NCBI GenBank assembly: GCA_023457235.1 | Contig: JAEWMK010000222.1 | Coordinates: forward strand, 1 to 37,848 | Direction of reading: 5' to 3' | Source: Bacillota bacterium | GTDB taxonomy: Bacteria > Bacillota > Bacilli > Bacillales > Bacillaceae_J | Length of the DNA: 37,848 nt | Part shown: in pieces, positions 1 through 10,194 of the stretch | How the letters are laid out: each line of letters starts with the position of its first letter | Numbering within the stretch: the stretch's first letter is position 1 | The notes under the pieces: generated by a model | Databases searched by the model: none | Told to the model about the DNA's origin: nothing | What the model saw: the letters and a program-made list of their open reading frames with translations, nothing else | Program-made: the position numbers and the translations under genes

Positions 1-1228
1 TATCATTGTCTATCAAGATTGCTCCAACCTCGACCGGCTCCATTACTTTAATGATTTCACCCGTATCAGGGTCTTTCACCTTTTCCTGTTTGTCATTCCC
101 GTAATATTGATAACTGTCTTTTATTTCTTGCATTTTATCGTATATATCTTTGTCAATTGTAGTGTAGATTCGATATCCATTTTGACGTAGATTTTTGTCT
201 GCTTTACTAGAATACTCGCTATATAAATTATTATCTTTTTTCAAGTCTTCTAGTGAATAGCCATCTTTTTCAGCTAATATTTCTAGCAAGATTTTCTTTG
301 CACGGTCTTCAATTTCGAATGTAAGGTATGGGTACTTATCGACGATATTTGGTTTCGATGGTATGAAGTTGCTTTTTATATCATAGGCTAATGCTTCTTT
401 ATATTCCTTCTCGGAAATATAGCCTGCTGTTAACATTCGATTTAAAACCGTTTTCATCCTATTTAAACCTGGTGTAATATCTTCTTTAATTTCACCTAAT
501 CTTGTAAAAGGTGTATAGCCGAAAGGGCTTTGCGGCAATCCTGCTATGTAGGCTGATTGAGCTAAATTTAAGTCCTTAGCGTTAACACCAAAAATGCCCT
601 GTGCTGCTGTTTGAATTCCGGCAATATTTCGACCCGATGAATTTCTACCAAATGGTACTACGTTCAAATAGGCTTCGAGAATTTCTTCTTTTTCAAAAAA
701 TTTCTCTAATCTTAGCGCTATCATAATCTCTTTTGCTTTTCGTTCGAAGGAAACTTCGTTTGTTAAAATTTGGTTTTTAATTAACTGCTGGGTAAGCGTA
801 CTACCACCAGTTTTAACAGAAGAGTTAGTGAATTCTTGGAAGATGGCACGTAAAATTGATTTTGGAACAATACCGGGATGCTCAAAAAAGTTCTCATCTT
901 CAGTAGCAATAACCGCATCAATGACATGCTGGGAAACTTCAGAAATCTTTGTTTCTTCGCGATCAAGATCAGAACGCAATTTGCCAAGATACTTATTGTC
1001 ACTAAAATAAAGCTCAGAGGTTTCTTCGTAATTATAGATATCTTTTTTCATACTATCATAGCTTCTGATTGGTTCATCTTTAACAAGTGAGGCAAAATAG
1101 CCGGCACCAACACCTCCGGCAAAGGAGAGTCCAATTAAACAGAAAGCTATGAATATAATCGTTAAATTCCACGAGACTTTTGTGAAAATCCTAGTAAATT
1201 TAAAAAGCTTGTCTTTATTTAAATTCAT
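1..1228 (-). CDS. Class A penicillin-binding protein (transglycosylase/transpeptidase), 5' part; runs off the window edge
   Basis: Missing from the ORF track. Manual translation from ATG at 1228 (RBS GGGGGAG) gives MNLNKDKLF..., an N-terminal TM helix, then GT51 motifs EDENFFEHPG, GGSTLTQQLIKN, RKAKEI, KEEILEAYLN. Confidence 0.92.
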   Translation of the reverse strand, partial: MNLNKDKLFKFTRIFTKVSWNLTIIFIAFCLIGLSFAGGVGAGYFASLVKDEPIRSYDSMKKDIYNYEETSELYFSDNKYLGKLRSDLDREETKISEVSQHVIDAVIATEDENFFEHPGIVPKSILRAIFQEFTNSSVKTGGSTLTQQLIKNQILTNEVSFERKAKEIMIALRLEKFFEKEEILEAYLNVVPFGRNSSGRNIAGIQTAAQGIFGVNAKDLNLAQSAYIAGLPQSPFGYTPFTRLGEIKEDITPGLNRMKTVLNRMLTAGYISEKEYKEALAYDIKSNFIPSKPNIVDKYPYLTFEIEDRAKKILLEILAEKDGYSLEDLKKDNNLYSEYSSKADKNLRQNGYRIYTTIDKDIYDKMQEIKDSYQYYGNDKQEKVKDPDTGEIIKVMEPVEVGAILIDND

Positions 1229-1374
1229 CCTAATATCTCCCCCTAAATCAGCAATATTATAGCATAAAGCGACATTCATTGATATAATAGTTCGATAATG
1301 GTAAATTTTATTTGACTTATTAGCTTGAAGTATGTTAGTTTTTAATGTATTAAAATTAACTTTATTAATTTTGC

Positions 1375-1640
1375 AGTGATAGGAATAAGTAGTGAATATC
1401 TCCCTGTTTTTAGAGAACTGACGGCTGGTGCAAGTCAGTACAAAGATATCCATGAATTACATCCTTGAGCATTTGCTTGGAAAAGAAAAGCATGCGAGTT
1501 TATTTACGTCTCTCGTTTTTTCTTAGTATAGGCAAACGGTATGGGCCGTTATCCAATGAAGTGGAAGACATTTAACGTTCTTCAAATAGGGTGGTACCGC
1601 GAAGCAATTCGTCCCTATTTGAGGGGCGTTTTTTATTTTT
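1375..1640 (+). promoter_or_regulatory. Tyr T-box riboswitch leader
   Basis: AGAGA/GGTG stem I motifs; TAC (Tyr) specifier at 1458-1460; T-box GGGTGGTACCGCG at 1589-1601; terminator CGTCCCT..AGGGGCG followed by a T-run; directly upstream of tyrS. Confidence 0.93.
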
Positions 1641-1657
1641 TATTTTTTAAATTTTAA

Positions 1658-2926
<1,269 letters not shown>

Positions 2927-2945
2927 AACATAAACAAATGAACGA

Positions 2946-2990
2946 AAACAAGCAGAGGAAATATTTCTTATTCTTCTGCTTGTTTATTTA
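2946..2990 (+). terminator. Intrinsic terminator of tyrS
   Basis: Stem AAACAAGCAGAGGAA / TTCTTCTGCTTGTTT followed by T-rich sequence. Confidence 0.75.
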
Positions 2991-3097
2991 TTGAATTACC
3001 TTTCTGTAGTGAAGAATAGAGGGAAATTGTGCAGCAACTGAGTTCTTATTCAAAATAAAACAATCTCGTGTAGGGAGTTGAAATCAGTAAATACGCT

Positions 3098-3361
3098 ATA
3101 CCCCAATCAAAAGGATTGAGGACAATACAGGTGGGGCAGGCACAATCTCTGTCCTCAAACGATACCTTTGAGGACAACATTGATGGGTGTCGCACTTGCC
3201 TTGTCCTCAAACGATACCTTTGAGGACAACACTGATGGATGTCGCTCTTGTCTTGTCCTCAAACAATGCTTTTGAGGACAACATTGATGGGTGTCGCTCT
3301 TGTCTTGTCCCCAAACGATGCTTTCGAGGACAACATTGATGGATGTTCACCGTTACTGTCC
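3098..3361. repeat. Tandem array of about five 52-bp units, each with a palindrome TTGTCCTCAAA-N7-TTTGAGGACAA
   Basis: (T/C)GAGGACAA recurs at 3117, 3169, 3221, 3273, 3325; TGTCC(T/C)C recurs at 3150, 3202, 3254, 3306. Terminal units are degenerate. Confidence 0.92.
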
Positions 3362-3664
3362 GAACTTTACTACGCAACAATCGCCTCCTATTGCGCCGCA
3401 CTATAATTTTGAATATAAACCATTATTAAATAATTTTTTATCATCAGGTGTCAGGTGGAGAATACACTATTCTACAAAGCAGAAATAAAATAAAAAACCC
3501 CAGAATCTTAATTACCAGCTTTGAACTATCTGACGAATAAATAAGTCCTAATCGTAAGCTAAACTATTAGAAATTGCTAAGCTTCCAACATTGCTTCCAT
3601 ATTTTCCTTATTGATAAATTTGTACACTACTCAAATGAAAGTGCCTTTCTGTGTGTTTTTCATG

Positions 3665-4683
3665 TTACTTATTTTCCTCTTTGTTCCTTATCAACCCATC
3701 CTCTAAATACTCTAAAATAATATTACGTAATTTTTCTGGGCGTATTTCATCAATAGCTGTGATATACTGTAAAATCCAATATTTGATACTGTCAATGGAT
3801 GTTCTGATTTGCACTTCAAAGTATTGATCATTAATTGGCTTAATAACAACGTCTTTTCCAAAGAAATCTATCACCTGATCTAGCATTCTCATTTCACAGC
3901 GGAATTGTATCTTCTCAGGCTCTCCTCCGACATGAAGGCTTGATTTTTTGCATATTCATTCCAATCAATCGTTGTTGGTAGTGGTTCCCCTTTTAATTCC
4001 AATATTTCAACATTTCTAATTTTATCAACTCTTAGAAAACGATTATCAACAGTGTTTTCATATCTGCAAAATAAATAGTAATGATTAATTGCCCATATTA
4101 GCTTATAGGGGGTCACGATTTTCCAGCCATCATTTTCTGGTCGATTCGGAATGAGTTCTTTCTGTGTGTTGTATTTCAAATATTGAAACTTAACTTTTTT
4201 ATTGATACTAATTGCTTCTGCTAAAACTTCACTGCTAGTATACAACTGTGCTTTATAAGATTTGCTGTTTGTTGTTTTAAAATTTAATATATCACGATAT
4301 TTATCTGTCAAATCTTGATTATATAAAGTGCCAAGTTTATTAATTAAATCTTTGCTATGCGTTTTTCCAATAAAGCGTGAGGATGCGATTGCATCACATA
4401 GAAGCTTGATTTCACCTTCAGTAAAAGCAGGAATAATGTATTGGCCGGAAATTTGATTATTTTTTTCAACTATTTCAAGTTCGCAATCTAATAAATTCTG
4501 ATCGCTTAATTCCCTTAATTGACTTAAATGATTGTAAACCGTTTTTCTATTAGGCTCTTTATCTAAATTAAAATAACTTTTTAGATGACCGATAATTTGT
4601 GCAGCGTTCAATACATGATTAGGATTTGAAAATTTTTTTAGTACTAAATAAGTAGATAAAAGTGTAATTCCGCTTTTTTTCAT
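3665..4683 (-). pseudogene. WYL-domain transcriptional regulator (wHTH-WYL-WCX), split by a 1-nt frameshift
   Basis: N-terminal HTH (RKTVYNHLSQL) and WYL core (AISINKKVKFQY..VTPYKLIWAINHYYL..RFLRVDKI). At 3933-3926 the minus strand reads ATG TC GGA; adding one base joins ORF 3889-4683 to ORF 3665-3892 (M-x-GGEPEKIQFRCEMRMLDQVIDFFG) in a ~339 aa protein. Confidence 0.85.
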
Positions 4684-4701
4684 TTTATTCTCCTTGTTAG
4701 T

Positions 4702-4738
4702 TGGTGTCCGAATAATTGGTCACCATGTTTGTTATCAT
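4702..4738 (+). promoter_or_regulatory. Imperfect palindrome (candidate WYL operator) overlapping the -35 zone of an extended -10 promoter
   Basis: TGGTGTCC-N8-GGTCACCA at 4702-4725; TGnTATCAT at 4730-4738; lies in the short gap between the divergent genes. Confidence 0.5.
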
Positions 4739-4780
4739 TTAATTAACAGCAAAACAAAAATAACAATAGAGGAGGTTAGT

Positions 4781-5256
4781 ATGTTGGCTATAACTAATGA
4801 ATATTATAACTTATTTGATTTGCAGGAGGTAATAGAGTCAAAAAGGTTTCTGGAATTTATACATCCCTCCCCAGAAACTTGCTACCTTATTGGATTATAT
4901 AAAGGATATTGGAGAAAAATGTGAAGTTCTATTAAATCAACTTGTAATGCGCAATTATTTAACATAATGGGATTTGAACAAGGTATCATTGTTGTCAAAA
5001 ATAATTGAGCAATCAAAAACAATCGAAATGGTGAATTCATAATTATAAGTGACTATTTTCAGTTTTTCACCGATGAAATATCAACCGAAGTATTTAAGGA
5101 TCCACAATGGAGCGTTTTTATATTGCTGATCTACATTTCGGACATGAAAATGTTATTCGGTTGAGTGAGCGACCATTTGAAACAATCGAAGAAATGGATC
5201 AAACACTTATTAATAATTGGAATAATGCGGTTGGGGATGATGATGAAATTTATTGA
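4781..5256 (+). pseudogene. Decayed gene(s) ending in the N-terminal fragment of a calcineurin-like metallophosphoesterase
   Basis: Strong RBS GAGGAGG and ATG at 4781, but a stop after 47 codons. 5107-5256 translates MERFYIADLHFGHENVIRLSERPFETIEEMDQTLINNWNNAVGDDDEIY*, containing the DxH motif and stopping just before the expected GD motif. Confidence 0.75.
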
Positions 5257-5274
5257 ACATGGGGTGAGTTACGA

Positions 5275-6201
5275 ATGGATATTATTGAGTTTAAGGATAA
5301 GGGTTTTGAAAAAGTGGTAAGGAATTTTTTGAATATCAAAAGAGGGAAGGTAAGGAAAAAGGATATTGCTTCAATTGTGGGCTTGATTGTGTCAAATCAA
5401 CCAGTTACATCAGAGTTTGCAGTATCCATACCTTGGTATTCATATTCCTCAGCATTTAATATGAGTTACCCAAGGTTTATGTTTGATGTTAATGAATCAT
5501 GCAATGGTCAATGGCAGTACGATTTACAACATTTTTCACAGCTTAGAACAATTCACATTTATGTTCCAACGAAAGAACTCACCTTTTTAAGAAACTTTTC
5601 TCAATTAAAAGAATTATATGTTGTCGGCAGTGAGAATAAGGACTGGACATTTATTGAAACTTTAGCAAACCTTGAATACTTGTATGTAAGGAAATGTTCT
5701 TTTTTGGATTTAACACCAATTCGTGATCTTTGCGTGAAACAAATTAAGCAATATGAAACCGAAAAAGAAAAGTTAGAATTGGGCCGTATTGATATATTTT
5801 TTTCAGGGCTATCACATCTTAGTTTAATAGATTGCGATATAAAGGATATAACACCGCTAGCAGATTGTAGTTTTATAGATGATTTGAATCTTTCCCATAA
5901 TCAAATTAGTGATATTAGCCCATTGCGAGGGATTTCTTGGCTTTATTATTTAACTTTGAGGTATAACCAAATCACAAATATTGAACCGCTAATGGGATTA
6001 AAAGATATTTATTTGATTAACCTTCGCCATAATCAAATTTCGAACATTGATGTTTTTACTACTTTAGAGCGTGGCAATCTATCTCGTTTATTTTTAGGAG
6101 ATAATCCAATCACCGATTTCTCTCCAATTCAAAATATTAGACTCGTGGCCCATGATATAGAGAAGTATGATAGATACGCCAGTAAAAGAAGAAAAAAATG
6201 A
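5275..6201 (+). CDS. Leucine-rich repeat protein (internalin-type 22-aa LRRs), no signal peptide
   Basis: Cap IEFKDKGFEKVVR; repeats LNLSHNQISDISPL, LTLRYNQITNIEPL, INLRHNQISNI, LFLGDNPITDFSP. Confidence 0.88.
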   Translation: MDIIEFKDKGFEKVVRNFLNIKRGKVRKKDIASIVGLIVSNQPVTSEFAVSIPWYSYSSAFNMSYPRFMFDVNESCNGQWQYDLQHFSQLRTIHIYVPTKELTFLRNFSQLKELYVVGSENKDWTFIETLANLEYLYVRKCSFLDLTPIRDLCVKQIKQYETEKEKLELGRIDIFFSGLSHLSLIDCDIKDITPLADCSFIDDLNLSHNQISDISPLRGISWLYYLTLRYNQITNIEPLMGLKDIYLINLRHNQISNIDVFTTLERGNLSRLFLGDNPITDFSPIQNIRLVAHDIEKYDRYASKRRKK

Positions 6202-6264
6202 TTCAATAACTATGATTATTAAAGGAATTGCTGAAAACAATCTTTTGAGAGGTGTGAATGATAT

Positions 6265-6555
6265 TTGAGCTTAAACCCGATTATAGCCGAAGGTATCTTA
6301 ACTCGAGATGAAAAAGGAAGGTTGAAAGTAAACGGGGTTGATATAGGAAATTTTAAAGAAATTGAGATTTACTTCTTTAATGAAGAAACTCAACAGGGTA
6401 ATTGGGAAATTTGCTCCATTAATGACCAATATGAGGATGAGTCAACCGAGAGGATACCATACATCGTTCATCCGTTTTGGTCAGCTTCCGAATTAACATT
6501 AACCGAAGATGATCAAGGCAACTTTAGAGGATATCGAGCAAGATTAAGAAAATAA
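6265..6555 (+). CDS. Small hypothetical protein, resembles the DUF5348 family
   Basis: RBS GAGAGGTG with TTG start. The pattern EGIL..D..GR.....IEI.....W......G.RARL is reminiscent of DUF5348 (recognised by eye only). Confidence 0.55.
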   Translation: MSLNPIIAEGILTRDEKGRLKVNGVDIGNFKEIEIYFFNEETQQGNWEICSINDQYEDESTERIPYIVHPFWSASELTLTEDDQGNFRGYRARLRK

Positions 6556-6636
6556 GCCTCTTCTTCGATCCAGGATTCTGCCGGCAAGATGAGGTCATTA
6601 TACCCTAAGATATTTATCGAAAAAATTATCCGCTTG

Positions 6637-6868
6637 ACCCTTTCAGTGAAAAAAATAATTGTCGGTTGGTATACCTGAACGAGCCTTTGCTCTAGCTTTT
6701 TGGAGCAACAGCGAAGAGAAGGTATGTCAATCGACTATTCTCATACTGGGTTGGGAGCAATCGCTCATGAGTGTTTTTATTGAAAAACAGTACGATAATA
6801 TTACAGATTCATACATGGTCACACGGCTTTTGTAAAAAGGGGTATTACAATAAATGGTGTGAAAGGGT
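6637..6868 (+). ncRNA. Candidate structured non-coding element
   Basis: 16-bp stem 6661-6676/6720-6735 with G-U pairs, an inner hairpin, further hairpins, and a 9-bp closing pair ACCCTTTCA/TGAAAGGGT; no ORF. Confidence 0.35.
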
Positions 6869-6947
6869 TTCATTTGTAAGTAAATAGGATTACTATTAGA
6901 AATATAAAAAAGACGTATTTTTATGAATCTAGAGGGAGAAATCGAAA

Positions 6948-7286
6948 ATGGGAAGATATTGCGTTGTTGATCATTATTTGAACGAGATTAAAGAGTACGA
7001 TGATTTAAGTTCTATTAATCTATTAAAGGTCGTAAAGCAAAAGGTCTATGATAGTGATTGTGAAGGAAATGAAAAAGTGGAAAAAAGTATTTTACTAAGC
7101 GATGGAACGGAAATTACACAGTATGGCAATGGATTTGAAATTTTAACAGATAAAAACTGCGTTGTTTATGCACCTGTTTATGATTGTAGTCGATGTGAAG
7201 TAGAGGAGTATAGCATGTATGAGGAAGAAGATTTAATCGGCTATGCCAATATGGAATATGATTATCGGGATTATATAGATTTTTAG
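6948..7286 (+). CDS. Hypothetical acidic protein
   Basis: RBS GAGGGAG; 112 aa ORF co-oriented with its neighbours; no recognised domain. Confidence 0.7.
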   Translation: MGRYCVVDHYLNEIKEYDDLSSINLLKVVKQKVYDSDCEGNEKVEKSILLSDGTEITQYGNGFEILTDKNCVVYAPVYDCSRCEVEEYSMYEEEDLIGYANMEYDYRDYIDF

Positions 7287-7382
7287 GCAAGACACAAGCA
7301 GAAACTACGAAAGAAATTGATTATAATCCCTTGACAAATCTGATTTGGGCGAAAAGAAGTTAGTGTGATTGGAGGATCTGTA

Positions 7383-8561
7383 TTGGAGGAATATTATAGG
7401 ATTCTAGGTTTACAAGAAGGAGCAAGTAAAAAAGAGGTTAGAAAAGCATTTCGCATCCTTGCAAAAAAGTATCATCCCGATGTTAATTCCGAAAACTTAG
7501 CGGAGGAAAACTTTAAAAATATAAAAATTGCACATGATAAAATTATGGAGCATTTTGATGGAACTTCCCATACAACTTATAATTATGGGGGGGGTGATGA
7601 TTTTTTTAGTCAAGAAACTTTTAAGAGTAATACAAAAGATAACTCAATTCAGATAACTGAATTATACGACAAAATAAGAAGCATCGCTAATATCAAAAAT
7701 GTTAAAACAATCTATGACTCTATCCTCTACCATCTTACCGTTGATGCTTATAAAAAAATCTCGCATGTTACTTTGACATTATCTAAAGAAAACGAACTTT
7801 CATTACGGTTTTTTGTGGATTTTCTTATGTATGAATATAAAAAAGTTATAAGTAATATAAGCAATACTAATTCATTTTGTTACTCAGGGGATAGCCTTGC
7901 AGAAGTTGATGACGCTTGGATGATATTTTTACAAATTAATAACATTAGCATCGATAATAGCCTAGTAATAAAGGAAATAGCCTTTAAGCATATTCACAAT
8001 GAATTCAAGTCACTTCATCCTTATACAACAATTGATTTAGCTACTTTATATGACTCAAAAACAGATGAATATAATATCAAAATTAATGTGGTCAATAGTA
8101 TTGTTACTAATTTGTCATACAGAATCAGAGATATTGACATATCTAAGGAGTTATCAGTAGGCTTTAGTATTGATGATTATACGGTAAAATTATCAGTTGA
8201 GCATGGATTAGTAACCAGCGAAAGTCTATTTAGTTTTTTAATTGAAAATTATCAAGAGACTAATGACTATTTCTGGAAAAAGCTTGATAGTAGATTTATG
8301 TATGAATCTTCCAAAAAAGGCCATTGCTTTGAAATTAATATTAACAGCCCATATAGATTGTTTAAGAAGAGAGAATTTAATGTGAAAATAAGAGATTTTA
8401 AGAGTTACTACTACTTAAGAGAGTTGCTCAACCTAGGCAGCACTATGGAGGGGATAAATCTAAAAAATTGGCTTTTCTTTTTAATCGATATGATGATTCT
8501 AGAAAAGAGCAATAAAAATATTCATATTTTGGAGGAAAGTAAAAGTGAAAAAATATATTAG
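7383..8561 (+). CDS. J-domain (DnaJ-type) protein with an unknown C-terminal region
   Basis: YYRILGLQEGASKKEVRKAFRILAKKYHPDVN, with intact HPD. Start moved to TTG 7383, behind GGAGG at 7371-7375. Confidence 0.85.
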   Translation: MEEYYRILGLQEGASKKEVRKAFRILAKKYHPDVNSENLAEENFKNIKIAHDKIMEHFDGTSHTTYNYGGGDDFFSQETFKSNTKDNSIQITELYDKIRSIANIKNVKTIYDSILYHLTVDAYKKISHVTLTLSKENELSLRFFVDFLMYEYKKVISNISNTNSFCYSGDSLAEVDDAWMIFLQINNISIDNSLVIKEIAFKHIHNEFKSLHPYTTIDLATLYDSKTDEYNIKINVVNSIVTNLSYRIRDIDISKELSVGFSIDDYTVKLSVEHGLVTSESLFSFLIENYQETNDYFWKKLDSRFMYESSKKGHCFEININSPYRLFKKREFNVKIRDFKSYYYLRELLNLGSTMEGINLKNWLFFLIDMMILEKSNKNIHILEESKSEKIY

Positions 8562-9687
8562 CTATTTAATAGCAATCATTATATTACTGCTTTTATTTCC
8601 AACAAATTTGAGTGCAGCAACTCCAAATTACGTCGTTAAGCCTAAATATGAAAAAGCGCTTGAATTTAATGAGGGAATGGCAGCTGTTTATTTAAATGGG
8701 AAATGTGGTTATATAAATAAATCCGGGAAAGAGGTTATTAAACTACAATATGATTTTTGCCCCAATTTTAAAGAAAGCTTAGCAACCCCTATAATGGGGG
8801 AGCACTTTGTCATTATTGACAACCAAGGAAGAGTCGTTAAGAAGCTTAAATACAATAGTGTGCACGATTTTTCAGATGGAATGGCTGTCCTAGATGGAGG
8901 AACTAGATATGACAGCCTTTATGGATTTATTGATAAAAATGGCAAAGTAATTGTTAATCCACAATATAGTGATGTTAGTGACTTTAGCGCTGGATTAGCA
9001 GGTGTCCATGTCGATGGAAAAATAGGATATATTAATAAAAATGGTGAGTTTGTTATTACTCCGAAATATGAATCATCAAGCCCATATTCTATAACTCCTT
9101 CTGCATTTAAAGAAGGTGTTGCAATAGTTATGCGTGATGATCAATTTATTTATATTGATAAGAATGGAAAAGAAGTTATTAAAGTGAAATTTGATGATGC
9201 ACAAAATTTTCAAGAAGGTCTTGCCAAAGTTCAAAAAGGAGCGTTAAGAGGATTTATTGATAAAACAGGAAAAATTGCTATTCCGCTTAAATATCATGAT
9301 GTGACATGGTTTAATTATGGAATTGCAGGCGTTCAATTAAATCAAAAATGGGGATTTATAAATAAAGATGGAAAACTGACTATTCCGATGATATATGATG
9401 ATATAGATACTGCTTTTGGTTTTCAAGAAGAATTTGCAGGGGTAAAAAGAAATGGAAAATGGGGTTTCATAGATAAGCAAGGTAATGAAATTACTAAGAT
9501 GGAATATGACTGGATAGGATATTTCAGCAATGGCTTCGCATGTGTTAGCTATAATGGAAAATGGGGCTACGTTGATAAAACAGGAAAAGAAGTTATTAAA
9601 CCACAATTTGATGAAGCCTGGAATTACAGTGATGGTTTAGCTCCAGTAAGTATTAATGGGAAGTTTGGGTATATATCAATGCCTTAA
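8545..9687 (+). CDS. Secreted WG-repeat (KWG-type beta-repeat) protein
   Basis: Signal peptide MKKYISYLIAIIILLLLFPTNLSA; repeated F.EG.A.V..NGK(W)G(F/Y)IDK.G units. Confidence 0.9.
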   Translation: MKKYISYLIAIIILLLLFPTNLSAATPNYVVKPKYEKALEFNEGMAAVYLNGKCGYINKSGKEVIKLQYDFCPNFKESLATPIMGEHFVIIDNQGRVVKKLKYNSVHDFSDGMAVLDGGTRYDSLYGFIDKNGKVIVNPQYSDVSDFSAGLAGVHVDGKIGYINKNGEFVITPKYESSSPYSITPSAFKEGVAIVMRDDQFIYIDKNGKEVIKVKFDDAQNFQEGLAKVQKGALRGFIDKTGKIAIPLKYHDVTWFNYGIAGVQLNQKWGFINKDGKLTIPMIYDDIDTAFGFQEEFAGVKRNGKWGFIDKQGNEITKMEYDWIGYFSNGFACVSYNGKWGYVDKTGKEVIKPQFDEAWNYSDGLAPVSINGKFGYISMP

Positions 9688-9818
9688 GATGAGTGGTTAT
9701 TAAAATGGAACCTTAAATGAATGCTATATAGAAAAGCATATTTTTGGGAAATGAAAATTGGAGAAATGTAATCAATTGATGGGAATATGCGTATTTAATA
9801 AGGGAGGAACTTTTTATT

Positions 9819-10076
9819 ATGATGTTAGATGCTAATGCTTTTTGGAATTATTATAATAACGTAACAAATTTTAAAAATAATGAATATAAAAGATCTTTTG
9901 GACTAGCATTGGATCATGCGGGTGTTACTAGATATACACAAGTAAATTATGTTAAGAGTAATTTAACAGCGATATGTAATTCTGCAAAAGTATCTATGTT
10001 AACTAAAAATGTACCACAGGGTGTCGTAAGAAGTATACTAACACAATTTAAAAAGTGGATAAATGAGTATTATTAA
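9819..10076 (+). CDS. Hypothetical protein (85 aa)
   Basis: Strong RBS AAGGGAGG; no recognised domain. Confidence 0.65.
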   Translation: MMLDANAFWNYYNNVTNFKNNEYKRSFGLALDHAGVTRYTQVNYVKSNLTAICNSAKVSMLTKNVPQGVVRSILTQFKKWINEYY

Positions 10077-10194
10077 TAGTTCCCTCTCTCATATATAGAA
10101 TCTAAGTTAATGGCTCTAAAAAACAAAAATAATTGTCTGAAATGCTTGGAAGGTACTGGTTCTTAAGCAGAAATATTTGATGAGGTGAGTTATT

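Noticed and set aside
781..1090. Three short ORFs in the track
   Set aside because: Shadows of the PBP gene, which the track missed because it runs off the window.
3098..3361. CRISPR array call for the palindromic repeats
   Set aside because: Inner spacers are near-identical and only ~22-23 nt, and there are no cas genes in the window; kept as a tandem repeat.
3207..3488. ORFs 3207-3401 (-) and 3291-3488 (+)
   Set aside because: They run through a repeat whose period is not a multiple of 3 and show no recognisable protein features.
3490..3620. Imperfect hairpins downstream of the WYL gene as an ncRNA
   Set aside because: Pairing is weak and AT-rich, and is explainable as a terminator region.
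6675..6720. Hammerhead ribozyme (CTGAACGAG..GCGAAG)
   Set aside because: The core does not fit CUGANGA..GAAA, and I find no stem III or NUH site.
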